A DNA stretch of 64,000 nt from Tubulanus polymorphus (taxonomy: Eukaryota > Animalia > Nemertea). Within the stretch, counting starts at the first letter, position 1; each line of letters starts with the position of its first letter. Below, piece by piece: positions 12,229 to 24,400 of this stretch. The stretch covers positions 14,942,001-15,006,000 of the forward strand of contig NC_134025.1 in assembly GCF_964204645.1 (NCBI RefSeq), in the 5' to 3' direction. A program made the translations under genes and the position numbers. Under the pieces are notes generated by a model. It was given only the letters and a program-made list of their open reading frames with translations. It was not told the DNA's origin and did not search any database.

Positions 12229-12663
12229 CTAATTAGTAAATTTATAAGCAACAAATATAACTTTAACTGTTCCCCCTAAAATCCAAATTATTCCATATTT
12301 CTTCTGTTCATTACTTGGGGTATAATAATCTGATATTGTAGGTTTATGTAGATGTAATTTTTCTTTATTGGTTACTGCGTTTTATAAACTCATTGCATCA
12401 TCAACTGATTGAAAATCTCTATGTGAAATCTTCTGATTACATAATTCCTTGTTAATATAATCCATATAGTTTTGTCTTTTTTCTCTGTATTCTTCTGCAG
12501 CTTTATTATATTTTTTTTAAATTATATTTATATTTAAGTTATGTCTTTTTTGTTCTGTTAATGAACCATTTTTATCAATATGTATAAATAAATAACCACC
12601 ACCAGTAAATGCTAAAGCGTTAACAATTGCTGATCCTAAAATAGTTATAATTGCAGAAGCCAT
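12229..12663 (-). pseudogene. Small protein with N- and C-terminal hydrophobic segments (not in ORF track)
   Basis: MASAIITILGSAIVNALAFTGGGYLF...; paralog MAPAIITIVGSAIVNALVFTGGG at 20404. Confidence 0.6.
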
Positions 12664-12686
12664 TTATTTAGCAAAAAAATATGCAT

Positions 12687-12908
12687 TTATATGGGAGGAA
12701 TATATTTTTGTTTTTCCAAATAATCAATAGTTAAATTAGATAAAGTAACTGCTAATGTTAATTTTAAAATATCATTAATATCAAATCTATCAACATTAAC
12801 ACTTCCCATTTTAAATACTTTTTTTAATACCATTGTATAACCAACAGTTCCAACTGATAATAATGCTCCATTATATAAACCAGTTATTATCCACTTATTA
12901 TCACTCAT
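12687..12908 (-). CDS. Small hydrophobic protein
   Basis: Intact 73-aa ORF, conserved with 20160-20387. Confidence 0.7.
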   Translation of the reverse strand: MSDNKWIITGLYNGALLSVGTVGYTMVLKKVFKMGSVNVDRFDINDILKLTLAVTLSNLTIDYLEKQKYIPPI

Positions 12909-13252
12909 TTATTTATAAAAAAATTACTATCTTCAAAATATTTAGTTATCTTATTTATGATTAATTCAACATTTATTTCAATACTAGTTTCATTTTCATA
13001 TATTACAGTTATTATTCTTTTAATATCATCAATGATAAAATCTTCATCTAATTCATAAAATCTTAAAGACTCGGTTATCTTTTCTACATAAAAAGTTTCT
13101 TTATCTATTGTTTTTTCATACTCAAATGTTGTTTCATTAGAAAATGCAATATTTTTAATATGTGTTATTACATCATTAATGTTAAATTTCATTTCTTTCT
13201 CATGTTTAAAATCAAATCCAAAACATATACTCGATCCAACAGTTATATTCAT
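12905..13252 (-). CDS. Hypothetical viral protein
   Basis: Intact 115-aa ORF; paralog 19817-20152 shares MNITVGxSICFGFDFKH. Confidence 0.7.
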   Translation of the reverse strand: MNITVGSSICFGFDFKHEKEMKFNINDVITHIKNIAFSNETTFEYEKTIDKETFYVEKITESLRFYELDEDFIIDDIKRIITVIYENETSIEINVELIINKITKYFEDSNFFINK

Positions 13253-13268
13253 TTATAAAGTGAAAAAA

Positions 13269-14026
13269 TTACTCTTTACATCTTATAATTAATTCATAAA
13301 TTATAGGAAAGTTATTCAAATCAATTACATAACCATTATGATTTCTTATTTCTAATTTGAAATTGTTAAATCGTGAAATACAAGGTTTAAAATCAGATTC
13401 AGCTAAATTATAATTAATTTGTGTTCCCAATTTTTTAAAATTTTTTTAATGGTATAATATTTGATATACTAGAATTACAAGTTATATCTTTAGTTGCTTC
13501 GAAATTTTTGTAGCATCAATTAAATTGCAATAAATATAAAAGTGAAAAAAGGCATTATATTTGAATTACCATCTACGTTTCCTGTAACAATATCTGGTGC
13601 AATTCCTAACAATTTAGCTAATGGTTTTCTCACCATAAATGAATGTTGACTTTCATCATGTAACTTTATTTTAATTTTATTTGTGCTATCACTTTTTATA
13701 AATCTAATTAAAAATTTATCTTCACTTCTAATTTTCAACCGTGCTCTTCTATTAATTTCTTGCGCTAGTGTTTCTAAATTATATAATCCTGGTTTTAAAA
13801 TTAGATGAAACCATTTATTTATATTTCTAAAATGAATTAAAAAAATATTATGATCAATAGTTTTACTCGATACATTATAAAAAGAATTACATAAACTTCC
13901 ATTTACTAATTCTAAATCAACACAATTCTTAAATTCTCTATCTAATTGTACTAGTAAATTATGAGATTTATAATTTGTAAGTTTTCTAGAATCAACATGT
14001 ATTCTATATTCTTTTAATTCTACCAT
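13269..14026 (-). pseudogene. Minor capsid (penton, single jelly-roll) protein
   Basis: YRIHVDSR, NSFYNVS, LKPGLYNLETL; after frameshifts ends FNNFKLEIRNHNGYVIDLNNFPIIYELIIRCKE*, a typical penton C-terminus. Confidence 0.7.
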
Positions 14027-14040
14027 TTATTTTACATGTT

Positions 14041-14394
14041 TTATTCGAAATCTATTTCATGGTGGCCTTCTTCATTCTTATCTTTGTATACAAAATAGAA
14101 ATCGCCTGAACATAATTCTTCTAAATCTTCACTTGATAATCTATGAAATCTATCTGGTAAATATGTTCTGAATTTATATGTATTTCCTTCTAATCCTTCA
14201 TATTCTAAGTGTATAACTAATTTATCTCCATATTTGTTAGTAACTGTAACAATATTTGTAATTAGATATTTCTTATGGATTATTAATTCTTTTAACTTCT
14301 TAAATTTATAATCTACTGATTTGACATTTGAAGTATTTTTTATTCTATCTAGAAATAATTTGTTGTTCTCACTGTGTGCTTGTTTACTCTCCAT
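14041..14394 (-). CDS. Small beta-rich protein, possibly OB-fold/ssDNA-binding
   Basis: Intact 117-aa ORF immediately downstream of pPolB-B (FKKLKEL, TNKYGDKLVIHL, YLPDRF); function is inference. Confidence 0.5.
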   Translation of the reverse strand: MESKQAHSENNKLFLDRIKNTSNVKSVDYKFKKLKELIIHKKYLITNIVTVTNKYGDKLVIHLEYEGLEGNTYKFRTYLPDRFHRLSSEDLEELCSGDFYFVYKDKNEEGHHEIDFE

Positions 14395-14423
14395 TTTAAT
14401 AACATATTTTTATTAAAATTTGA

Positions 14424-17400
14424 TTAACACGTTAGAATTCTTTTCATTATCTCCTTCTCTTTTGTTTCTTCTCTTTTGAACTTTAGATATACATCTAAAT
14501 TGCATCCATAAGAAACTGTATGAATTCCATCATCTAAAATATATCCTTTATCATCAAATGGATTCAAACTAACCTTTTCTATCTCTTCAATAAACATTTC
14601 GTGATCTTCTGATATTAAACATTTCATCTTATGTTTTCTAACTTCTTCATTGAATATACAATTGATATAATCTTTGAAATGAATATTCTTTTCTACTACA
14701 CTTTTAGTAATTCCTTTTGTATATATATATAATTCCTTTTAACTTTTTAGTATCATGTTCTTTAGTTTTATATGAATACATTTTAGATCTAATACCAATG
14801 AATTCAATCATTTCTTCACCACCTAATTCATCCTTAAACTTCCCGGGTCGCTTTTTATTATCATTGTTAAACAATTCATGATTTTTAGGATAGTTACTAA
14901 AATCGAAATGATGTTTTAATGTTTTTAAATCATCAGTTATGTTATTAGTTTTTATCTTTAATATGTAACTGTCAGTATCAAAGTATAGAATTTCTATATG
15001 CTTTTCTCCAAAATGAGGTTGTAATACATTATAATAGAATTCATACATCAATAGCTTTGATATTTCTAAAACTGAAGCACCAACATAGATTGGTTTATTA
15101 AATTTCATAGAAGTTCTTCTCATTTTAACTGCAGCTAAATTTTCATCAAATATTCTGTTACCTAAAAACTTAGGATATGATTGTAAATGCCTTATCCTTT
15201 TACCATTACTAACTAACTCAATATCATTTCTATTTCTAATATTTTCACAAGTCTTACCATAGAATGCATTGTTCATTAACTTGAAGAAATCTTTCTCAAA
15301 ATCAGTTTTAGCTTCAGTTCTCTGTTTGGTGTCAAAATCTATATATTTTTCTAACCATTTAGATTGACTGAATGAAATCTATGTACTTTTTTTAGAACCA
15401 TTCCTTGATTCAAATAAAACTTCAACATTCTATAATGTACTACATAATTATATTTATCTTCCTGAGTTACCATTAACTTTTCTGTATGAATATGATTTTC
15501 GGGTTTAATTCTTTTTTGGTAATTTGATAATTCTTCATGAGTTACAGTTTTATGTTCAGGGCAGTATGCTAGATTTCTAGATTTAAATTTAATATGTTCA
15601 GGATATTCTAAATCTACAACAAAGAAGTAACCAATATCTGAATCATCTGCAATATCTAGGATTCTTTTATTCCAATCAAATTTATCATTATTTTCATGTT
15701 GTAAAACTTCACTTATTTCAAATACTCCATAAGGTTGTGGTTCCATCATTGCCCAACCATACAAATTATTTGCATCTATATATAATAACTTATATACAGG
15801 GTTATCATTTACATTGAAATATCTATCCCCTAATACACCTGAAACTCCTCTTATAGATTTTTCAAATAATAATAATTGATCTATATTAGTTAACAAATCC
15901 ATTTTTATATCCGTAAATTTTAATCCACAATCCCAAGTTAAACCTGGGCTAGAATAACAATGGCAATTATCAATATTGAAATATTTTGGGTTTACATCTC
16001 TAAACCTTCCAAATATATCCGATAATAATAATACATCTGATTTTAAATATAAATCTACTAATTGTCCATGATTTTTCATTCCAAAATGATTCCAAATATT
16101 CAATGTTCTATTATATACTTCATCTTTAACATATTCAGTTTTTAATTCATCATAGAATTGTTCTTTCAATAATTCAGTTATATTAAAATAATTATGATTT
16201 TTATAGAAAGAATATGGAATTGCGCCTTTATATCTCATTAATTGGAAATCATCATTATTTGGATAGTTTTGTTTTAATATTTTTAATTCATCATCAACTA
16301 ATGATTTTGAAGTTATCTAATGAACTATTTAAAAATCTATATGAATCTATAAATCTTACGCAACCAAATTGGAATGATATATAATTCTCAGATATTCTAG
16401 CTAACATTTTAAATTTATAAGTTGGTATTTTATCTTTTGATCTATTTGAATTTAATCTTTCTATTTCATTATTAATTTCTTCTATTTTATGGCATAACTG
16501 TTTGATAAATAAATGTGCATCATATCCTGATAGATTATGAAATATAACTGGAAGAAAATTTACTTTTTTGGCTTGTAAATTGCAATTCTCATGCGCAGCG
16601 CCTCTAAACTTTCCATTCAAATGATCATAGTCTCTTACTTTTTTATCTTTATAATTAAATATCTTTTCACAATAATAACATTTACCCGTAAACACAAATG
16701 CTTCTTTATCTTCTTCTGTCATAATTATTTCTTTATTTGTATTCAATAATTTACTAAATCTTATTTCATATTCAATTAATAAGTCACAAAAATGATTGAT
16801 AACATTTTCATTTCTATAATGATAATATTCACTTTCAATTAGTTCTGGATAATCAGATTTAATATATAACCCGAAAGCAGCAGCTGATTGATGAATCTTT
16901 TTAATTGTATTTGTTTTTGGTGGTTCATCTGAAAAATCATTTTCATTAGAATTTAATTTCTTTCTTTTATAATATATTTCTTTTCTATCTTGATCAGTTA
17001 ATTCTTTATTTAATGATTCAAAATCTCCATATATTACAAATGGTACTTTATTTTTGTAATCATATTTTTTGAATTCTAATATTTTATCTTTTTCATTTGG
17101 TAAAACTAATTTACAATAATCATGATTATCACATAATTGTTTATGATTTAATAATGTACTTTTATTACTGAATCTATGTAAACATTTTCTACATATATTT
17201 TACGATGATGATCACTTTCTGTTCTAAAGAATAAATCGATTTGTTTAATCCACACATAATGATTTTCATAATATAACATATCTATAACATCATTTGAATC
17301 ATAATCTTTTGATAGGTATAAAGGTTCTAATGTTAATTGTTTTATATTGTTGCCTTTTGTTTTTGGTAATTTGATTAAATCAAATACATTTATTCTCAAA

Positions 17401-18466
17401 TTATTATCTCTTTCAATTTTGGGATATTTTTAATTCTAACTGGATACTTATCTATCTTATAATTATTTTCAAATGGTTTATAATTTGTTAATCTAAAACT
17501 ATGTGTAATATCTTCTGTTGGATGTAAGCAACTTATAATTGTCCATAGAAAACATTTATCATCAAAATTTTGTACATTTATAACAGCATTAGTTTTAAAT
17601 GGTAGTTTAATATAACTTGATGCTTCAATATCTGGTTCTTTATAATATGATACATTATTTTCATCTATTGGTTTTGATTTAGTTAACTTATTATATTTTG
17701 TGTTATACACATGTAAAGTCATAAATATTATTTCATCAAATATTAAACCTGATCCTTCAAAATATTTCTCTTCTATTTTAGTTTTTACTTCATTATAACA
17801 TTTATCTAATTTATCATCTATATGTTGTTTTGAAATAATATGTTGTGAATGGGAATTCATATTATATATTGGTTTATCTTCAGATTTTATAAATTTAACT
17901 TTTGATGAAATACTTATTTTAGGATATTCAACATCAGTGATTATTTTTATAATATTTTTCATATTTTCTAAATGTTTTTTATTTTCTTCTAATGTTTTTC
18001 CTTTATGAAATTTAAACTCGATAGCTGCTGGGCCAATATCACTTTTAAATGCTTCGGTTATGTCTATATCTTTTTTATTATCTAATGAATTAATATAATT
18101 TCTTACATCTTCCATGTATGGTCTTTTATTGTTTAATTTATTTCTTATTCTTTCAATTGTCTTATGTTTCTTATCATTATCAAAATAATCCTAACCTAAA
18201 ATATCATTATTCTTATTTCTAATATGACTTTTAGATTTTAAATGTTCATTATAATATCTTTTATCACTGAATGATTGATTACATGTATCACATTTGTATA
18301 TTTCTTTTTCATTCTTTAATTCATCTAATTTAGTTTCTAATATATGATCTTCATATTCTAATTTCAATTTATTCTCTAAATGTGTTTTAGTTTTATTGTG
18401 TCTTGATTTTTGGGATTTATCTATATTGATTTTACATGTTGAACAGTAGTACTTATTTGTTTCCAT
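14424..18466 (-). pseudogene. polB: Protein-primed family B DNA polymerase (pPolB-B), intein-free, with several frameshifts
   Basis: Two N-terminal C2H2 fingers, INVQNFDDKCFLW, FHNLSGYDAHL, YIDANNLYGWAM, MNNAFYGKT, uninterrupted YFDTDS, GKFKDE, SLNPFDDK. Confidence 0.93.
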
Positions 18467-18749
18467 TTTAATACTAATTTTTTCTAAAATTGATTTTACA
18501 CATTTTATTCATTTAGAAGTTATTCATTTATATGTTATTCATGTATTATATATATGAATTATTACAATCACACTTTACTCACACTTTTAATGTTTAAAAA
18601 TCTAAATCATACAAATATTTATATTGAAATATGTTTAAAATATATCTATATATCTATTTATAAGAGCTCGACCTCCGACCTCTGATCTAAAAACGCCATT
18701 TACTAATTTTTAACTTAGTTTAACTTTTAACTTAGTAACTAACTTTTAA

Positions 18750-18920
18750 GAGTAATAGGGGAATGTGGCTTTCATATCAAAGGTTGAAAGAGTTAGTGAG
18801 TAAAAAATAACAATAATTAGTCGCGCACACTCCTAATTCAACTGGAAATTATTGTTATTTTCATTTTTACGAGCTCGACCTTTCGACCTTTGGTATGAAA
18901 GCCACATTCCCCTATTACTC
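18750..18920. repeat. Inverted repeat/hairpin at the element B terminus
   Basis: 18750-18790 is the reverse complement of 18880-18920 (41 bp, 2 mismatches); inner arms AAAATAACAATAATT / AATTATTGTTATTTT. Confidence 0.9.
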
Positions 18921-19643
18921 GAAACAATTCTGGAAATTGATAAATTCGCACAGCAATTCTAACATTCCAACTGACAACGTCACCCTTACATCCAATGACT
19001 TTTTTGATCACTTCGCTGACCTAAACGCTCACAATGAGACCGAAGTTTTGGATACGGAAACAGATCTACTTTTAGACGATATAGATGACTCTATGCTTAA
19101 TGCTGAAATAACTATGCTAGAATTAAATAAAGCTATTCCTTCCTTAAAAAACAACAAAGCTACCGGTATGGATCTAATTTGTAATGAAATGATGAAAAAT
19201 TTCGATGATAATTTACGCTCATTCTTTCTTCAACTCTTTAAGATGGTATTGATGAGTGGCATTATCCCAGAAAGCTGGACTATAGGCACTTTTAAACCGA
19301 TATTTAAGAATAAAGCCAATATTGATTGTACGGATAATTATAGAGGTATAACGCTAGTTAGTTGTTTAGGCAAACTTTTTACAAATATCCTTAATAATAG
19401 ATTAACATGTTTTATGAATGTAAATAAACTTTTAAGTGAAAATCAAGCAGGATTTAGAGCGGGGTATTCTACTACCGATCACTATTCCCACTTAAGTCTA
19501 TTGTTGAGCTATACCTTAATCAAGGTAGACATCCTTTCTGTAGTTTCGTAGTCTTCCGCAAGGCCTTTGACTCCGTATGGAGAATTGCTTTATGGAAAAA
19601 GATGATGGCTTTAGGTATAAAAGGTCTCTTTTTTAACACCGTG
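18921..19643 (+). pseudogene. Non-LTR retrotransposon (LINE) ORF2 reverse transcriptase fragment
   Basis: LKNNKATGMDLICNEM, PIFKNK, NYRGITLVSCLGKLF, QAGFRAGYSTTDH and (frameshifted) FRKAFDSVWR. Confidence 0.9.
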
Positions 19644-22600
19644 CATTATGATTTAACAGAATGTGATTTTAAACCTTGCATTTCACAATTTAATAATTTT
19701 AAGTTAGAAATTAAAAATCATAATGGTTACTTAATTGATTTAAATAACTTTCCTGTGGTATATGAATTAGTTGTAAGATGTAACGAATAATTAAAGATTT
19801 TTTAATAATAATAGATATGAATATAACAGTAGGACCGAGTATATGTTTTGGGTTTGATTTTAAACATGGTAAAGAAATGAGAATTAAACTAAATGATGTA
19901 ATTACTGATATTAAACGTAAACCATTTAATAATGCATCAATGATTAATAAAGAAAATTATAATATAGAAAAAGTAACTGATTTAATCAAAACATCTTTAG
20001 AATATTATGAATTAAATGAGGATGGAATTATCGATGATATTAAAAACATATTATCTAAAATATATGATAATCATAAAAGTAGTAATGAAATAAATGTTGA
20101 AATAATTATAACTAAGATAACTAAATATTTTGAAGAAGGTGATTTTTTTTGATAAATCAATGAATGATAATAAGTGGATCATAACTGGTTTATATAATGG
20201 AGCATTACTGTCAGTGGGAATGGTTGGTCATACAATGTTATTGAAGAAAGTATTTAAAATGGGTAATATTAATGTTGATAGATTTGAAATCAATGATATT
20301 TCAAAATTAACATTAGCAGTTACTTTATCTAATTTAACCATTGATTATTTAGAAAAACAAAAATATATTCCTCCTATTAACGCGTAATTTCTTTGTTAAA
20401 TAAATGGCACCTGCAATTATAACTATTGTAGGGTCGGCAATTGTTAACGCTTTAGTATTTACAGGCGGTGGTTATTTATTCAAGCATATTGATAAAAATG
20501 GTTCATTTTCAGAATAAAAAAGACATAACTTAGCGTTAGAAAAATATAATAAAGCAGCAGAAGAATATAGAGAAAAAAGACAAAACTATATGGATTATAT
20601 TAATAAAGAATTATATAACCAAAATATTTCACATAGAGATTTTAAGTCAGTTGATGATGCTATGAGTTTATATAATGCAGTAACAAATCGTGAAAAATTA
20701 CATCTATATAAACCTAAATTATCAGATTATTATACACCAAGCAGTGAACAGAAGAAATATGAAATAATTTGGATTTTAGGTGGAACTGTTATTGTTATAT
20801 TTGTAGCATATAAATTTACACTTAATTATTTATTATTTTTTGTTAAATAAATGGATGATAAAGTTGATAATATTGATATCATTCCTCATGATATAAATAA
20901 AACTAAATTAAAAAAATATTTAGAAAAACAATTATTATAATTAGAAAATGATTTTAAAGTTAATAAGAAAAATATTTAAAAAGTAAAATTATATATTATT
21001 TTATTATTAGTGGTTCAGTTACAATTAGTTCTGTTATAACATTTTTACCAATATTCAGTCCATTAACACCTTTAGCTATATCAATTGGCGTTTTAGCTTT
21101 AAGTTCAAGTGTTTTAACCGGAATAAGTTCAAAATTAAATATAAAAAGTAATAAAGAAAAAATTAAATCAAATAAAAAAGAAATAAATAAATTTAAAAAA
21201 AATACATTAGATTATATATTAAGTTTAAATGGTAATATAACAATTGAAAAGCAGGATAAATTATTAAAAGAATTAATAAATTATTAATTTTTTATTAAAT
21301 AAATGGTAGATAGTTTTCCAAAAGCTTTCCAATATAATAAATCAATTAAATATAATATTCCAGCAATAGATCTTTATAAAAATATCACATATAGAAATGA
21401 AGTTTTAAATTCATTTATTAATTTAGATATTTATGTTACTGAAACTAATAATTTTAATGTTAAATGGAAAATATATTTAATGTATATACAATTAATTTTA
21501 CAAATTTAAATGAGGCATAACAATGGTTATCAAAATCTAATATGAAGTATTGGCAGAACCAATTAAATTTTGCCGTTTATTGCGCAACAACAGGGTGTGC
21601 TATAAGATGGAATGATCATTTAAATAAACAAAGTTTATCATTAATATTATCACTTTTTATATTTCAAACATATTCTCAAATAAAATTAAAATTAAATGAA
21701 TTAGAGTGTCCTTCACCAGGATCTAGATATTCTAAAGAATTAGATAATAATATTAATTTTTCTGAGTTCTATAAAATCTGTAATGAATTTAATATTAATT
21801 CAAATAATTTCAAAGCAAAAATTGGTACAATGGGTGGATTAGGAATATTATATACTAAAGAATTTGGTAAAATGATAACAAATTCGGATTTAAGAACACT
21901 AAATTGGAATGAATTACCAAAATATTATAATAATATACAACAACAAAATAATGATGGATGGATTAATTTCATATTAGAAAATAGTGAAGGTTTTACAAAA
22001 TCAGGCATACAAAGAATAAATCAATCTATTCGAATATATTTAATTTGTATTTTAGGTGCACAAGTTGAAACAATATCACCAATATTTGGGATTAATAATA
22101 CTTCATTTGATGCGCAGAAACAATTCAAAGTATTATTTGAAGATTCTATTCATAATGATAAAAATAGATCGATTCCAGAAAACATTGAAAGATATCAAAA
22201 TTATTTATCAGATAAATCTCATGTAAGATTTAATTATTGCGTAGGTCCTAATTTATCAATCATTTCTGATGATTTAATATTAAAAATGAGAAATATAATT
22301 GGTTATAATAATTTGATTAAAACTGCAATAATAAATAATAAGTTTGGGTTAAATGATATAAATAAAAAAATTATCACTGCTCCAAAATTAATGGAAGGTG
22401 AAAAAATCAAAAAGAATATACAAACAACTGAAATTAAAACTAAGAATATTAAATTAAATAATGGTCCTAAATTAAAAGATTACAATACATCAGAAATATA
22501 AAAACTGATAATATTCAACATGAAATAATTGAAACTAATAATGATAATAAATCACATGAAAATACTTAATTAGCTATAACTTGTATAGGAATTGTAATAG

Positions 22601-23920
22601 GAGGAATATTATATTTCAAATTGTAAATTTTTTATTTTATAAATGGAAGGTGTAGAAGGAATTCCAATGGGAAGACACGGGAAATAATAATGATGGATAT
22701 ATTGATGATGATTATAATGATGTAGGTGTTAATGAAACTAATATTGATAATGATAGAATGAAATATAATTCTAATTTACCAGATAGTGGTTCTAAAGCCC
22801 TGTCAACAGAGGAGTTTGATAGAAGAACTAAATCGAGTATAAATACTGAAAATGAAATTCTAGATTTAGTAAAACAAAATTTAGAATATAGTGAATTTAT
22901 TCATATATTCAAACCTTTATTTGAAAAATCTGGATATAATATAAATGATAGTGGTGCTAGACTTTTAGTAAAAGATTTGAAATTTTTAGATGGTGAATAT
23001 TATTATCGTTTGAAAGATAATTCGGATTATTATATTAATATCACTTATAAAAATCAAAATAGAATATTAGCAGAATCAACTTTGCTTAAGTTAGAACCAT
23101 CTAGAATTAAAAGAATAATTAATAGTAATGAAATCAAAAATGTTACACAAGAATAAAGAAATCAAAATATGCGAGTATTTAAACAAAGATTTGATAAATT
23201 ATTTAAAGCAATCAAAAATAATTTAGAAACAGAAACAACTTCTGAACAGAATACAACTTCCAAAACTAGTAAACTTAAATCGAATAAAGTTCCAAATGAA
23301 AAACTTTTACTTAATGGATTACTTGCAACAGATCAAGAATTAGAAGAATTAGATACATTTTTTGATAATGCAATTAGAGAAATTACTAGTATAAGACTTG
23401 CATCTGTTAAAATTGCACATGATAAAAGTATAAGAGATTTTAAAATTAAAACTTTAGAAAATGAATTAACTGATGCAAATAAAGAATTAAATCAATAAAA
23501 AGTTAGATTTAGAACAACAAGTAATTGATGAAATAGAATATAGACAAAAAGTATTAAGTTTAGAAAAAGCAATTGATAATTTAAAAGATAATTTAGAAGT
23601 ACAGACAGAAGAAATTAAATTTTTATCAAAATCATATGATTATTGTATAAATAGATTAAAAGTTATTATTAAAGAGTTAATAATAAAACCAGTTTCTGAT
23701 ATATCATTGAAAGATAGAATAAAATTACTATTTAAACTAGAAGGTTTAACGATTCTATCAATTCTAACAGCTGTAACTATGGTATTTACAACAATTGGTT
23801 TAGCTATTTCAAATTCTTTAAAATCTAGACCAAATCCTAAACCACCTGATGAACCCCCAAGTCATAATTCTATACAAAATAAAGTTAAAGATGGTTTGAA
23901 AAAATTAGCAAAATATTTAT
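19644..23920 (+). mobile_element. Partial Polinton-like element C: inverted, diverged paralog of the element B structural block
   Basis: Same gene order as 13410->9095: penton 3' end (19644-19790), 19817-20152, 20160-20387, 20404-20850, 20851-21286, 21303-22626, 22643-23920. Truncated before the MCP. Confidence 0.88.
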
Positions 23921-23984
23921 GTTATATATTTATTCATTTATGTTAAATATTTATATTTTTTTTAACTTTAGCAGATATACTAAT

Positions 23985-24400
23985 TTCAGGATATTCTACG
24001 TCTGTAATTACTTTTATAATATTTTTCATATTTTCTAAATGTTTTTTATTTTCTTCTTATGTTTTACCTTTATGAAATTTAAACTCGATAGCAGTTGGTC
24101 CTGTATCACATTTATATATTTCTTTTTCATTCTTTAATTCATCTAATTTAGTTTCTAATATATCATCTTTATATTCTAATTTCAATTTATTTTCTAAGCG
24201 AGATTTAGTATCATTATGGCTTGCTTTTTGAGATTTATCTATATTGATTTTACATGGACAGTAGTACTTCTCATTAGCTTCCATTTTAATAACAAATTTT
24301 TTTATTAAAATTGATTTTATACTATTCGAAATCTATATCGTGGTGCCCTTTTTCATTCTCACCTTTATATATGAAAAAGAAATCACCTGATTATAATTCT
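23985..24400 (-). pseudogene. Scrambled Polinton fragments: internally deleted pPolB 5' end and 3' end of the OB-like gene
   Basis: 24057-24284 fuses the Zn-finger region (..KCDT) to GPTAIEFKFHKGKT; 24322-24400 encodes ..SGDFFFIYKGENEKGHHDIDFE*, like the 14041 gene. Confidence 0.75.

Larger units (their letters stand above)
5625..18919. mobile_element. Polinton/Maverick-like endogenous virus, element B (left end and most of integrase lost)
   Basis: Co-located integrase chromodomain, A32 ATPase, major capsid, penton and pPolB, with an AGTAAT-type terminus at 18919. Confidence 0.85.

Noticed and set aside
18895-19551. Reverse transcriptase as a gene of the Polinton
   Set aside because: The ATG comes from the terminal repeat; the rest is a truncated LINE ORF2 outside the element end at 18919.
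19602-19790. Novel 62-aa ORF
   Set aside because: Chance fusion of LINE RT (MMALGIKGLFFNTV) and penton C-terminus at a rearrangement junction.
1-24400. Bacterial/phage or free-virus contamination
   Set aside because: Genes are decayed, interleaved with a LINE fragment and contiguous with eukaryotic transposons and a spliced animal gene; read-level confirmation is still advisable.
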